DNA of 64,000 bases, from assembly GCA_964016885.1 (NCBI GenBank), contig OZ024760.1, positions 1,922,001-1,986,000 of the forward strand, in the 5' to 3' direction. Below, in pieces: positions 43,497 to 57,515 of the stretch (its first letter is position 1; every line of letters begins with the position of its first letter). The DNA is from Eledone cirrhosa. Lineage: Eukaryota. The notes under the pieces were generated by a model that made no database searches, was not told the origin of the DNA, and worked only from the letters and a program-made list of their open reading frames with translations. A program made the position numbers and the translations under genes.

Positions 43497-44365
43497 TTTG
43501 GGCCTCGACGAAGTCGAACTGGCCAGTCTGTACCGGAGGACTTTTGAGTCGGGGACGATGGACAATTTCCAGAAATCCCTCGCTTGGCAGTGCTTTCGGG
43601 GGGGGGGGGGGCACTGCCGGTTCGGGATAAACTCTACAGGCACGGAAGTGCTGTCAGACGGACCTGCCCAAGATGCGCACAGAACGACGAAACCGTTCTG
43701 GACGCACCTGTCCAATGTCCGTGCATTACTGACTTGTGGAGTTATGTCGAACAGCTACGGTCACGTGTGGAACGAATCCGGCTATCGGCCGAGTCCATAG
43801 TGAAGATCGATCCACCGCCTTCCTTAGGTCAGGAAGTGCAGGAAATTTTCCTCTGTCTGGTGGCAGTTGCGAAAGAGGTTATATGGTGGACCAGGTTAAA
43901 AGGACTGAAGACAGACACTTTTCTCTTTAGCCAATCCCTCATCAACTTCTTCAAGTTTCACCTGGAAAGGAAGGTGAGGGTGGAGAGAGAAGTGCTGCCC
44001 CCCCCCCCCAGTACATTTGCTAAAAGGTGGATGAATGTGGCGAGAATGGCCATGCGCCTATAGACTAGCTAACTTGATGAGAGGGGTGCTCTCCCTGGGT
44101 GCCTTAGAAGCGCAGGGTGGTTCAGGATTGGTGGGGTACCCGAGTCACCCCAGGGTCGTCCACCCCCTATCGGGGAATTTATTTTGTTATATTTATGCAT
44201 AGTTTATTTTATATTTTTATATTTTCATTGTTAAATTAGTCTTGCCATTGTACACTTTTACTCGACCTTATTGTAAACCCCCACTGTCCCCGTCTTTGTA
44301 TTGTCCCCTACATGTCGGCCCTTGTGGCTAATAAATGAAATCATTATTATTATTATTATTATTAT
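43497..44365 (+). mobile_element. 3' fragment of an L1/Tx1-clade LINE
   Basis: zf-RVT-like AWQCFRG/ALPVRDKLYRHG...CPRCAQNDETVLDAPVQC...LW with a frameshift at a G run; 3' end ccttgtggctaataaa plus (ATT)n. A second tail stub lies at about 43400-43495. Confidence 0.78.
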
Positions 44366-44892
44366 CTTTCTCATCATCATTATTCTCATTATTACCCCCA
44401 CCACCACTCCACCACAACCCCACCACCACCAATCTCTTCGTCCTTGTCAGAATCTCTAAATAAAAGCAATATACATTTTATATATAATACGGAAAATGGC
44501 CAATTTGAAAATTAGCCTGAAAATTTCTCCCCTACCCTGTATAATTGAAAAGTGGGTTTACATGTATGTTTTATTTTACTTTGCTACAAGCTGTTTATTA
44601 GGGACAGCAATTGAAAGACAAAGTAATTTGTATATTTTTTAGCATCCAGGATATGCCACTACTTTGATAAATGGTAATTACTGGTGCATGTGTGAAAGAA
44701 CAAAAAAATAAAGAGGATAAAAAGAAGATAAAGTTGTGTGTGTGTGCGTGTATATATATATACATATATGTGTATATTAGTATATATATCTGTGTGTGTG
44801 TATATATATATATACATATATGTGTATATTAGTATATATATCTGTGTGTGTGTGTATATATATATATATGTGTATATTAGTATATATATATC

Positions 44893-44924
<32 letters not shown>

Positions 44925-44969
44925 CACACACACAGACAGACAGACAAATACACACACAAACATACACAA

Positions 44970-45004
<35 letters not shown>

Positions 45005-45007
<3 letters not shown>

Positions 45008-45110
45008 CAAATTTAATATAGAAATGGCTTCTACAGGACTAGAACTGTTTCATTCGAAGGAAATCATCAGGCTTTCCTGATGATTTCTATATTAAATTTG
45101 ATGTTTACAC
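45005..45110 (-). mobile_element. Short fold-back remnant with hammerhead core (same family as 15.3 kb)
   Basis: Minus strand reads CTGATGA-tttccttcgaat-GAAA-cagttctagtcctgtagaagccatttctatattaaatt, with inverted ctgatgatttc and tatattaaattt. Confidence 0.55.
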
Positions 45111-45117
45111 TCCTGTT

Positions 45118-45230
45118 AATAGGAACAACTTGGAAATAAAAGATCTTAAAGTCAACCTGGCAAACACCAAAATCCCAGTAAGCAGAAAAGAAAATGGCTC
45201 TGATCACCTCTGAGAAATGGCCCTGCTTGG
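45118..45230 (+). mobile_element. Degenerate RTE RT fragment
   Basis: NLE.KDLKVNLANTKIPVS...KWPC resembles GLKVN..KTK. Confidence 0.45.
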
Positions 45231-45382
45231 TATCATCATCATCATCATTTCAACAGCTAGGTTCGAACTCAGTTCAGATCTAAGTGTTGAGATATCAGGA
45301 GCTGAGCCGTCGAGATCCTGAATTTTTCATATTACCTACTCTACTACCCCAAGTATTGAGTACTGGTTTTTACCGCTTCCAT

Positions 45383-45447
<65 letters not shown>

Positions 45448-45452
45448 TATAT

Positions 45453-45730
45453 GACCGGGTGATGTGATGTTTCCTTGAGCAAGACACTTTATTTCACATT
45501 GCTCCAGTTTACTCAGCTGTAGAAATGAGATGATAGGGACTGGGGTCCCTATCATTCCACTGCAAAGTGGTCGTGGAGGTCCCATGGCAAAAAAGCACCC
45601 AGCACTCACTATAAATGAGGTTGGTGTTAGGAAGGGCATCCAGCTGTAGAAATCAAGCCAGAATCAGTTCCCGTCCCACCCTTGCAAGCAGGGAAAAAGC
45701 GGACGTAAAATGAAATGATGATATGATGAT
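45453..45730 (+). mobile_element. SINE family B, 5'-truncated (other partial copies near 10075-10350, 12410-12601, 53375-53500)
   Basis: Matches the body and tail of family B. Confidence 0.8.
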
Positions 45731-45765
45731 ATATATATGTGTTTGTGTATATATATATATATATT

Positions 45766-45797
<32 letters not shown>

Positions 45798-45798
45798 A

Positions 45799-45830
<32 letters not shown>

Positions 45831-46125
45831 GCGTGCGTGTGTGTTGGTGTATGTATATATATATGTGCGTGTATGTGCGTGTGTGCATGTATTTTGAATG
45901 TATTACATTTTCAGACAACTAATCCATCACCCCTAACCCCTCACCTCATACTTTATTTATCACCCACCTCCAACTCCTTAAAAAATGAATAGCAAAATTG
46001 ATCTCTGCAGGATTTGAACTCAAAGTGTCAAGAAACAGGACAAATTCTGTAAAGCCTTCTTCCCAACCCTTACTAATTTCATCCTAATTAAGAAAATGAT
46101 TTACATAAATATATATATATAAAAC

Positions 46126-46188
<63 letters not shown>

Positions 46189-46595
46189 CACTTGTTAATA
46201 AGATTTTAATTTATCAGAGTGTTGATCTTCAATCAGAAACAGTTTAGGCTGACCTAATTCCATATATGGGTCATGAATCACTCAAGAACAATGTCAAGTA
46301 ACCTATGTCCTTTTAACCCTTTCAATACCCCCACCGACCCCCAACCAAAAGAAACTTGACTTTCCTTCTATAAAAGAGAACCAAGTGTTTTGACAGATTC
46401 TTATTTAAATTAAAATTAATTTTATATAAAAACCATATATTAAGTCACTATTTTGATATGCTTAATAATTTTAGGAAATTCCTCAAAATTCTTCTTTAAC
46501 GCTTTAGCATTTAAACTGGCCATATCCAGTTAAAAACCTGGTAAAACTTTGCTCTAATTCTATGAAACAAAACCAATGATTTAAAAATATTCGAT

Positions 46596-46825
46596 TTAAC
46601 CCTTTAACATTTAAACTGGCTGTATCCAGCCAGAATTTTCTCACTTCTTGCTGTTTAAACTGGCTGTAACTGGCTGCTCATACTGATGTTAAGGTATTGT
46701 TCTCAAAATAAATAATATCAAAATCTTATAGATTTTGATATTATTTGAGATGATTATGTGAGATAAAGCCTTTCCCATGAAAATATAATAGTAAATATAG
46801 AGTAATGTAAATGCTAAAGAGTTAA
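46596..46825 (+). mobile_element. About 225-bp piggyBac-type MITE
   Basis: TTAA|ccctttaacattta ... taaatgctaaagag|TTAA; TTAA TSD with CCC termini is the piggyBac signature. Confidence 0.75.
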
Positions 46826-47086
46826 CCATTTTGTTAAGAGCCTGGCCAAAACTGGCTCTGGTTCTATGAAACAAAATCAACCATTGAAAAAGATTATTTA
46901 AATCAAAATCTTCCCACATAATTTTATATAATTATGTTAAATCACATGTTAAGTTACTATCTTACTATTATAAAATTCATAATAATTTTAGAAAATCTCT
47001 ATAACAATCTTAAGTTAAATTACCATATGAAAATTTTAGGAAATACCTCAAAATCTTCCAACCTCATTTTATATAATTATGTTAAA

Positions 47087-47414
47087 AGGATCGATCGACT
47101 TTCATCAAATCGGACCGAGGAAACAATGTTTTTGGTGGTCTTTCCAGTTGCTAATACTATCTATCGGTCGCAACTCCAGGTAGAAGGAGCAACGGGAAAT
47201 AAAGTGTCTTCTGGTGAAGGCGTGTGGCTGAGTGGTTAGAGAATTGGATTCACAATCTTGAGGTTGTGAGTTCGATTCCTGGACCGGGTGATGCGTTATG
47301 TCCTTGAGCAAGACACTTTATTTCATGTTGCTCCTTCTACCTGGAGTTGCAACTGGAAAGACTGACGAAAACATTGTTTCCTCGGTCCGATTTGACGAAA
47401 GTCGATCGATCCTT
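47087..47414 (+). mobile_element. SINE with an inverted copy of its own 3' half at the 5' end and a 13-bp TSD
   Basis: 47087-47210 is a reverse complement of about 47310-47413 with a short insert. tRNA head at about 47218-47285. taattatgttaaa at 47074-47086 and 47415-47427. Confidence 0.75.
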
Positions 47415-48691
47415 TAATTATGTTAAATCCCATGTTAAATTACTATCTTACTATTATGAAATACATAATAATTTTAGAAAATCTCTCAAAATTCTTTATT
47501 CATTATTTTAATACAAACCTGGCCAGAACTGGCTCTGGTTCTATGAAACAAAACCAACCAATTCAAAGGGTTTCTATTTGAATTAAATCTTTTCAACATA
47601 ATTTTATGCAAGAACCAAATGTTAATTTACTATCTCATATTATTTCATTAAGCAATGAAATAATTAATGTTTACTACATCACTCAAAAATCTTCACTAAT
47701 TAAATGAAACGGTGTGTATTTCATTAGCAATACGGTCATGGAATGGTTAAATAAAAACCTTCCAATATAATTTTATATAAGAACCATATGTTAAGTTACT
47801 GTCTTAGTAATGAGATAATTAATTCTTCATTAATTAATTGGAAAATGAATTAATTAATTAATTAAAAGTGTGGTTACGAAAGGGTTAATGGATCTGATAC
47901 TTATTTTGAAATTACAAATGGCCAATTCAAGGCCATGCTGGACTTACCTATAAGCTATATAAGCTATAGTTTGGGGTCACACACCTTTAAAGGTCTCATG
48001 TTTGATAATATATTTTTATTTTATCATCAAAAGTTATATATATATATATTTATTAAAATAACAGATTAAATTTTAAGCAAAGAATTGCTGCTTTCACCCA
48101 TAACAGGATCTTCTGAAACTAAAAACTTTTAGTTTAACTGTATGCCACAAAGCATGGTGTCCGACCCTCTACCGATACTGCCAATCCACCACCCTAGTTG
48201 TATGTAAAATAATTGTTTCTACTTTTGGCACAAGGCCAGCAATTATATCGAACCCCAGTACATTACTGGTACTTTATATTATCGACCCCCGTAAGGATGA
48301 AGGGCAAAGTTAACCTCGGCGGAATTTGAACTCAGACCGTAAAGAGCCGTAACTCAATGCTGCAAAGCATGGCGTCAGACCCTCTACCGATACTGCTAAT
48401 GTCTTTCAATTGGGCAATACATGGGAAAATGGACGTTAAATGGAGATGATGATATGTTGGTCACTATATTCTTATTTTTATTATTGTTATTATTTTAAAC
48501 CCAGGTTAACTTTGTCTATTATCATTACGGGGTCAATAAAATATAGTACCAGTAATGCAATGGGGTGAATTTAATCGATTTTTTCCCCTGCCCCAACAAA
48601 TTGCTGGCCTTGTGCCTAAATCAGAAACCAGTATTTATTAGTATTTCTGTTCTTAATGCTGCAGTTGTTGAGTTGGTGGTGTGTTTGTTGT

Positions 48692-48747
<56 letters not shown>

Positions 48748-48844
48748 CTTGCTCTCCTTCAACATCATCAGCACCATGACGATGATGATGTTGATGTTAA
48801 CAATGAGGATGATGATGATGATGATGATGATGGCAATGATTATG

Positions 48845-48883
<39 letters not shown>

Positions 48884-49049
48884 GCAGTGACGATGATGAT
48901 GGTGGTGGTGGTGTGGTAGATGATGATGACCATGATGATGATGATGGTGATGATGATGATGATGATGACAATAATGATGATGATGGTGGTGGTGTGGTAG
49001 ATGATGGTGACCATGATGATGATGGTGGTGATGATGGTGATGATGATGG

Positions 49050-49082
<33 letters not shown>

Positions 49083-49121
49083 CAATAATGATGATGATGG
49101 TGACCATGATGATGATGGTGG

Positions 49122-49153
<32 letters not shown>

Positions 49154-49869
49154 GTGATGAGCACTGCTACGGTGATGACCATGATGATGGTGATGGTGAT
49201 GATGGTGATGGTGATGATGGTGACGATGACGATGATGTTGATGTCCAAAATGTCAGAAAAATGGTTGGCACTTTCACAAGTGTCTCCTCTTATTCTACTC
49301 CCCCCCCCAACCCCCACTGCTCCACCGTCCTCCTCCTCTTCCTTCTCCTCGCAACAGCCAAAGATTAAAGTGGAAATTCTATACTGTGAGGGTTCTTTGA
49401 ATCACACACAACAAACTGACCAACATACAAGAGAGCTTTCCAAGAAGCAGTACAGTCTCAATTATTAGTACATGCTTTGGCACTTCCTGAGCTTTCAGAA
49501 CTGATGCAGCAGCAGCAGCAGTAGTAGTAGTAGCAGTGGTGGTGGTGGTGGTCGTCGTCGTCGTCATAGCAACAGCATATGAAATATCTTGTTTAACCCT
49601 TTGCGGTTTGAGTTCAAATCCCGCTGAGGTTAACTTTGCCTTTCATCCTTACGGGGTCGATAAAATAAAGTACCAGTAATGTACTGGGTAATTTGATGGC
49701 CTTGTGCCTAAAGTAGAAACAATTATTTTATTTGTACCCCTTTAGCATTTACATTACTCTATATATCATATATATACATATATATATACATATCATATAT
49801 ATGTATATATATATACATATATATCAATATATATATAAGTACAAATAATATATATACAATAATATATAT

Positions 49870-50260
49870 AAGTACAAAGTGAAACCTACTACAGTCAGTA
49901 GGCACCTCTAACAAAATTACACCCCCGACCCACTACCCCCACCCCATCCACACCACCCCTTTCAATGTAAAGTTATGTTGGTACCACAACATCCAGTCCG
50001 AAACAAATGAGGTCGTGTAGGTGTCACGACAAAAAACACACAGTCCACGCTGTAATGTGGCCATGTAGGTAACACGGTAAAAACCTCCCAGTCCACACTG
50101 TAAACATGGTTGGTGTTAGGAAGGGCATCTAGCCGTAGAAAACCCGCCAGACAGTCCTATACAAGCAAGTCAACCACTCTTGCTTCAAGTGGGAAAACTC
50201 CCGTCCAAACCCATGCAAGCGTGGAAGATGGACGTTAAACGATGATGATGATGATGATGA
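49870..50260 (+). mobile_element. 3' UTR fragment of the same RTE as 2112-2495
   Basis: Near reverse complement of 2112-2495, ending ggacgttaaacgatgatgatg. Confidence 0.85.
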
Positions 50261-50593
50261 TATATATATCATATATATATATAATAATAAATTATATGTA
50301 TGTATATGTGTATATATACATGCATATATGTACACTACACATGTACACACATATCTCAACTGTTAATTGATAATAATGATAGAGATTGAGAAATAGAAAC
50401 TTTCATTGTCCCCTCAAATTTCCTTATCACTGCTTGTCACTGTATTTTAGCATATGCATCAACAATTTTAGATATATATTCATTATATATAAGTATATAC
50501 ACATGATGTATAGACGTTTATAGACGTGATATGTATATATAAGCAAGGAATAGCAGACATAAAATGATGATGATGATGATGAAGATGTATATA

Positions 50594-50629
<36 letters not shown>

Positions 50630-51238
50630 TGTATGTATGTATGTATATTTGTACATATATATTTATGTATATATATATCTATATATAATATATATGTACA
50701 TATATATGTATGTATATATATGTGTACATATATATGCATGTATATATATATATATAATATAAATATATATAATCTATATTTATATATATAATATATATAT
50801 ATATATATAAAATATATACATATATATAATATGTATACATATATATATCAACACTCCCTTGCTAACTGGAGTAAACAGACATTAAATGACGATGATGAAT
50901 AAACACACACACAGATATATATATATATACATACACATATATATATATATATACACACATATATACACACACACACACGCACACACCTACACACACATAC
51001 ACACATGTATACGTCCATCTAGAGTCTTTAAATTACTACCCTTTATTGTTGACTAATTCCAAACAAGGACCCCAATGTTTTCTACATTTTATCTTATCAC
51101 AAATGTTGCTCTTTTTTGGAAGATAAGAAACTTATTTTACTTATGATGTTGTGCAATTATTTTCAATTTCTTTTATTATTCATTTACCATTTTTTTTTGA
51201 AAAAAAAAAATTTATATATATATATATATATATATAAA

Positions 51239-51309
<71 letters not shown>

Positions 51310-51641
51310 TATAAATATATAAACAAAAAAATGCAAATCAAGAAAAATACCCCCAACAACACACACATCAATAATAACAACAGCAACAGCATAAATCACA
51401 AACAATAAACATAACTAGAAGACCTCCACAACAAGAAATCACCAACAGAAACAACAACCACAAGAACCTAAAAAATCAACAACAACACTAAATCTCTTCA
51501 GAAACAACAACAATAACAACACCAAAAGTCCTCCAACAACAACAACTACAATGCCAAAATTCTCCAAAAACAACAATGACATCAAAACCTCCTGAACAAC
51601 AACAACAACAACATCAAAAATCCACCAACAACAACACAAAA

Positions 51642-52200
51642 AAATCCAACAGCAAAATTAAAATCCCTTAGAAACAAGACCAAAAGTCAACCAACAAACA
51701 CACCAAAAATCCAACAGCAAAATTAAAATCCCTTAGAAACAAGACCAAAAGTCCAACAAACACACCAAAAATCCAACAGCAAAATTAAAATCCCTTAGAA
51801 ACAAGACCAAAAGTCCAACAAACACACCAAAAATACAACAGCAAAATTAAAATCCCTTAGAAACAAGACCAAAAGTCAACCAACAAACACACCAAAAATC
51901 CAAAAAGCAAAATTAAAATCCCTTAGAAACAAGACCAAAAGTCCAACAAACACACCAAAAATCCAACAGCAAAATTAAAATCCCTTAGAAACAAGACCAA
52001 AAGTCCACCAACAAACACACCAAACATCCAACAGCAAAATTAAAATCCCTTAGAAACAAGACCAAAAGTCCACCAACAAACACACTAAAAATCCAACAGC
52101 AAAATTAAAATCCCTTAGAAACAAGACCAAAAGTCCACCAACAAACACACTAAAAATCCAACAGCAAAATTAAAATCCCTTAGAAACAAGACCAAAAGTC
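51642..52200. repeat. About 61-65-bp minisatellite, about 9 copies
   Basis: atccaacagcaaaattaaaatcccttagaaacaagaccaaaagtc repeated. Confidence 0.9.
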
Positions 52201-52661
52201 CTTCAACAGCAACAACACTAAATTCTTTGAACAACAACAACAACTACAACAGCAGAAGATCTCAGACAGAAGAAGAACATCTACTTCAAAATACTCTCAA
52301 CCTATCATGCCCTGCCCTACTCTGCTGTCCTTTCCTGCCCTTCCCTGCTCTCTAGTCAAATCATAAATCATTCATTGAGAAGTAAATATTCTACAATTGG
52401 AGGACTGTTGTCCTGCTTCAATCAATAAATAAAGACTACACATACACACATACATAAGGACTAGTACCCGAAACATTAAGACCCTCTTTCTGCTATTTCT
52501 ATATTCTATCCATATACTGTACTGATTGTGTTCTTATTTCTGTTTACCTTTTACACACACACACACACGGTTCTTATATATTTGATATATATTTATCCTT
52601 ATCGAGCCCTCTTTGGATTCTAGTCTTCAAATTTATTATTATTACTATATATATATATATA

Positions 52662-53006
52662 TCATCATCATCATCATTTCATTTTACGTCTGCTTTTTCC
52701 TTGCTAGCAAGGGTGGGACGGGAACTGATTCTGGCTTGATTTCTACAGCTGGATGCCCTTCCTAACACCAACCTCATTTACAGTGTGGGCTGGGTGCTTT
52801 TTTTTGCCGTGGCACCTCCACGACCACTTTGCAGTGGAATGATAGGGACCCCAGTCCTATCATCTCATTTCTACAGCTGAGTAAACTGGAGCAATGTGAA
52901 ATAAAGTGTCTTGCTCAAGGAAACAACACATCACCCAGTCTGAGAATTGAACTCACAACCTTTCGATTGCAAGGCCAATGCTCTAACCACTAAGCCATGT
53001 GCCTCC
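52662..53006 (-). mobile_element. SINE family B, full length
   Basis: Reverse complement of the 14117 copy. Confidence 0.85.
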
Positions 53007-53162
53007 ATATATATATATATATCGTTTCTGAATTTGTTTAGCAAGATTCTTCATCTGAAAAAAACGTGTGTTGAAACCGATATTGTTATACTTTGGGAGG
53101 GTCATGGAGTGAAAGCAACTGGTGAGTGTGTTTCTTATTGGCAACATGACCCTTCCAAAGTA

Positions 53163-53209
<47 letters not shown>

Positions 53210-53574
53210 CAAAGAGGGTGTGGTAAGATACCAGGTGGACCATAATGCACCAGAGTTCTCAATACTTTGAGTAGTAGAGTGGGTAATAGGAAAAGAGTCA
53301 GGAGCCCGACAGCTGAGCTCCAGCCGTTTTGACAGCTAGATTGCATCGGCTGACCATGTCTAGGAGAATTTCTAGCTGGTTTTCTACAGCTGGATGCCCT
53401 TCCTAACACCAACCTCATTTACAGTGAGTGCTGGGTGCTTTTTGCCATGTCTTTTACACGTCCACTTTACAGTGTGGGCTGGATGCTTTGTGGTACCAGT
53501 ATAATATACATATATACATACATGCACACATCATGATATACACACACACACATATATATATATATAATAATGAT

Positions 53575-53987
53575 ATTATTTATAGTTATATATACACTAT
53601 ATACAACTATAAACAGGATAAACAGGGAAGGTCAGTAATTTATTACTACCTTATTACCAGTAAGAAAAATAGCTCAATGTAAATACATCAGGTGTTTTAC
53701 AGAGCAGGAATATAAATTACACAATAATCAAAGCTATGTTCAAATCAATTTATTGCTGAACAATCATATAGATACATGGATATTAATGTTGTCAACAACA
53801 GTTTCGCATTTACAGAGTGGAATGGATGCAACATATATTACAAGAGAATTGTACAATAATTAAAATTAAAAAGTTGAATAGGAGGTTAATTATATGTACA
53901 AACATTCTCTGATGATTCCAAACGAAAGTTTGGAAGAAACGATTGTCAGCAATAAAATGATTTGAACATAGCTTTGATTATTGTGTA

Positions 53988-53995
<8 letters not shown>
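53575..53995. mobile_element. PLE-like non-autonomous element with inverted 3' arm
   Basis: About 53711-53765 is inverted at about 53941-53994; the left part is homologous to 23040-23220; (AT)n flanks. Confidence 0.7.
53904..53953 (+). ncRNA. Type I hammerhead ribozyme, further family
   Basis: attct|CTGATGA|ttccaaac-gaaa-gtttggaa|GAAA|cgattg|TC|agcaat: perfect 8-bp stem II with GAAA loop, GUC cleavage triplet, weakened stem I. Confidence 0.75.
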
Positions 53996-54072
<77 letters not shown>

Positions 54073-54740
54073 CAATCAGAGAGACACACAAGACAGAAGA
54101 TGAGATTATTACAGTAAGGAATGAATTCTATGTTATTTTAAGATTTTAAAAGAGAAATCTTTTTAAACAAACATTCATTTCATTTTTCATTTGAGTTGTA
54201 CACGTAGTAGAGTGGTGTTGTGTGGTGGTGGTGTTTTGTTATGGTGGAGTGGTGCTGTGTAGTTGTGCCATGTGATGTGGGGTTTGTATTTCATTTTGAA
54301 ACTAATCAGGAATTTGGCTGCATTTTATAATATAACTGACACATTATTAAGTCAATGTTTGGAACATAACTTAACAAAGGTTCTTATATAAAACGATGAT
54401 AGGAGATTTTTTTTTTTTTTTTTTTTTTTTTTGGTAAATATGAATACTTTAAAATCAATAGTTTTGTATCATAGAACCATGGATGGTTTCTGCTGGTGAT
54501 TGGTATAAAATGGTTAAGCTAGAGTTTGGAACATAACTTAACAAGGTTCTTACATAAAATTGTGGTGGAATGTTTTTAGATAAATATAAACACTTTAAAA
54601 TAAATAGTTTTGTATCACAGAATGAGGGTTAGTTTCAGGCAGTTTGATATCAAATAGGTTAAGCTGATGTTTGGAACATAACTTAACAAAGGTTCTTACA
54701 TAAAATTATGATGGAATGTTTTTAGATAATTATAAACACT

Positions 54741-54967
54741 TTAACCCTTTAGCATTTAAACCGGCTGTATCTGTCCAGAATTCTCTCACCTCTTTCTGTT
54801 CAAGCTGGCCATAACCAGCTATTCATACTTATGTTAAGGTATTGTTCTCAAAATAAATAATATCAAAATCTCATAGATTCGATATTATGTAAGATAATTA
54901 TGTGAGGTAAAGCCTTTACCATGAAAATATAATAGTATATGGAGTAATGTAAATGCTAATGGGTTAA
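54741..54967 (+). mobile_element. piggyBac-type MITE, complete
   Basis: TTAA|ccctttagcattta ... taaatgctaatggg|TTAA. Confidence 0.8.
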
Positions 54968-56213
54968 AACAAACAGTTTTGTATCATAGTACCAGGGTAG
55001 TTTCAGGCAGTTTGATATCATCAAAAGAGTTAAACAACAAGGAGTATTACTGGTATTTGATTTTTCAACTAAATCAACTGTAATAACATGAAAAGAAAAA
55101 AAAAAAAATGAACTACCTTGCTCAAGAAGACAACAACAAACCACCCTCACCCTCAGCTGGGTAAACTCAAATACAGTGTACCCCGGCATTCTTAGTCTGA
55201 CATACATGGTCCTGGTTATTCGCGGAATTTTCCTTAGACCCTCTAAATTATTAATAACAATATTACCATATATGCCGGCCTATTGGACGCCCCTTCGCAT
55301 AAGACGCCCCCCCCCCTTTTTTTAAAATTATATTTTGCATTATATTTTGACGTTTATAGGCATTTTTATGGACCACGTCCAATATTCGCGGCTTTTCTCT
55401 CTTCCCAGGTGCTCTACGAACATAACCCCTGTGAATACCTGGGGACAACTGTACTGCTAAAAAATTAATAATTGTTTCTACTTTTGGCACAAGGCCAGCA
55501 ATTATCCCAGTGCATTACTGGTACTTTATTTTATCGACCCCCGTAAGGATGAAAGGCAAAGTTAACCTCGACGGGATTTTAAAAATTAATAATGAAGTAA
55601 CTTACTCAAGGATATAAACAACAAACCAGTCAAGTCACCCACCCAGCCTGGGAATCGAACTGAAGACCATATATATGATTGCAAAAATAACACCCTAACC
55701 ACAAGGCCACCACATACATGCCTTCACTAATGTTAAATACCAACAAAAAAACAAAAATAAAACCTCACCAAAAATCTACAACAAAAATATTTTATGATAT
55801 TTATCATAAAATTTTTTTTTCTTTTTTGAAAAAAAACCCAAAAAACATTTTAATTACTATAATGAAATTATCTAGTGAAATTGTAATTATTGGGTGATAA
55901 TTGTAATTTCTTTATAGGGATTCTGTTTATTAAATGAAAATATTGTCAGAAAAAACAAAAGCCCCAGAAATGCTGGGAAAGTTGAATAATTAAACAGTGA
56001 AAGATTTGTGTGTAACAAACTTTAATGGTTGAAGAATTCATTAAACCTTTAAGTGTAAATGATGTTGTTGTTGTTGTTGTTGTTGTAGATATTGTACTGG
56101 TCATTGTAGTTATTGTAGGTGTTGTAACTATAGTAGTGGTAGTAGTAGTGATAGTAGATAGTGTACTGGTTGTTGTAGTAGTAGTTATATTGGTTGTAGT
56201 TGTTGTTGTGATG

Positions 56214-56249
<36 letters not shown>

Positions 56250-56357
56250 CTAGTAGTTATAATGGTTGTAGTTGTTGTTATTGTTGTAGTAGTAGTAGTA
56301 ATTATAATGGTTGTAGTTGTTATTGTAGTAGTAGTAGTAGTAGTAGTAGTTGTTGTT

Positions 56358-56389
<32 letters not shown>

Positions 56390-57023
56390 TGTTGTAGTAG
56401 TAGTAGTAGTAGTAATTATAATGGTTGTAGTTGTTATTGTAGTAGTAGTAGTAGTAGTAATTATAATGGTTGTAGTTGTTATTGTAGTAGCAGTAGTAGT
56501 AGTAATGGTGGTGGTAGTAGTAGTGGTAGTTATAACGGTTGTAGTTGTTATTGTAGTAGTTGTTGTTGTTGTTGTTGCTGTAGTAATAATTGCTGCTGAA
56601 CTTATTGATGATGTTGTTGTAGTTGCTGTCAGTGTTGTTGTGGTTGTTGTAGTTGCAGTTGTTGTTGTTGTCAGTGTGGGTGTTGTAGTAGTAACTGTTG
56701 TGGTTGCTGCATGTAGTTCTGTCAACTACACTTCACTAACACACACTTCACTAACACACACAGATACACTGTCACACCCCAAGCCCTATATTCACCACAC
56801 CCCAAGCCCCACGCCCCACGCCCCACCCCTCGCCCCCACCCCCACCCCACCCTCTCCCCTCTCCCAAGAGATAATGATATACATTTCAGGAGTAACATTC
56901 CATTACAACATAGCTACTGAGAATCAAATATTTATCAGAAAAATCAACAAAGCCCAACAACAACAACAAAATACAAACAAACAACCCCCTTTCCCTAAAA
57001 CAACCCTAACAGTACTCAAGTAT

Positions 57024-57515
57024 GTGGAAGTACATGGCCTAATGGTTAGGGTGTAAGGGTGTTGGACTTACAATCATAATGTCATAGGTTCAATTCCTGG
57101 ACTAGGTTGAGTGTTGTGTTCTTGAGGAAAACACTTTATTTCACATTGCTCCAGTATACTCTGCTGAAAATGAGTACCAGTAATAGAAGAAGGTTTAACC
57201 CTGTGATGGACTGGTGTCCTGTCCAGGGGGAGTCTGATTGATACTCGGTCGCTTAATTCCAAATAAACTGGGATAAGCACCAGCTTCATGAGCCTTTATG
57301 CTTCAGACAGACGTTAACCTTGTGATGGACTGGTGTCCTGTCCAGGGGGAGTCTGATTGATACTCGGTTGCTTAATTCCAAATAAACTGGGATAAGCATA
57401 AAGGCTCCAAATAAACTGGGATAAGCATAAAGGCTCACATGCTTCAGACAGACGGTAACCCTGTGATGGACTGGTGTCCTGTCCAGGGGGAAGTCTTGTA
57501 CTCTCAGTCACTTAA
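57024..57515 (+). mobile_element. SINE family C: tRNA head, CORE-like segment and triplicated V-domain-like tail
   Basis: tggcctaatgg / ggttcaattcc boxes; aaccctgtgatggactggtgtcctgtccaggggg at about 57198, 57316 and 57457. Confidence 0.65.

Larger units (their letters stand above)
46313..47887. mobile_element. Nest of fragments of a second TTAA-ended MITE family (related sequence at about 17210-17376 and 54350-55035)
   Basis: ttaaccctttc, ttaaccatt, aatggttaa and aaagggttaa ends; repeated ctggctctggttctatgaaacaaaa. Confidence 0.5.

Noticed and set aside
46225-46290. Possible ferlin C2 exon (HDPYMELG on the minus strand)
   Set aside because: In-frame stop just upstream, and flanking residues do not match the ferlin C2 domain.
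47355-47412. CTGACGA...GAAA in the SINE tail as a hammerhead
   Set aside because: The intervening sequence does not form stem II and stem I cannot be closed.
55150-55200. Possible small exon on the minus strand (cag...ag|gtgag)
   Set aside because: Translation does not resemble ferlin, and the region abuts what look like Tc1/pogo-type MITE fragments.
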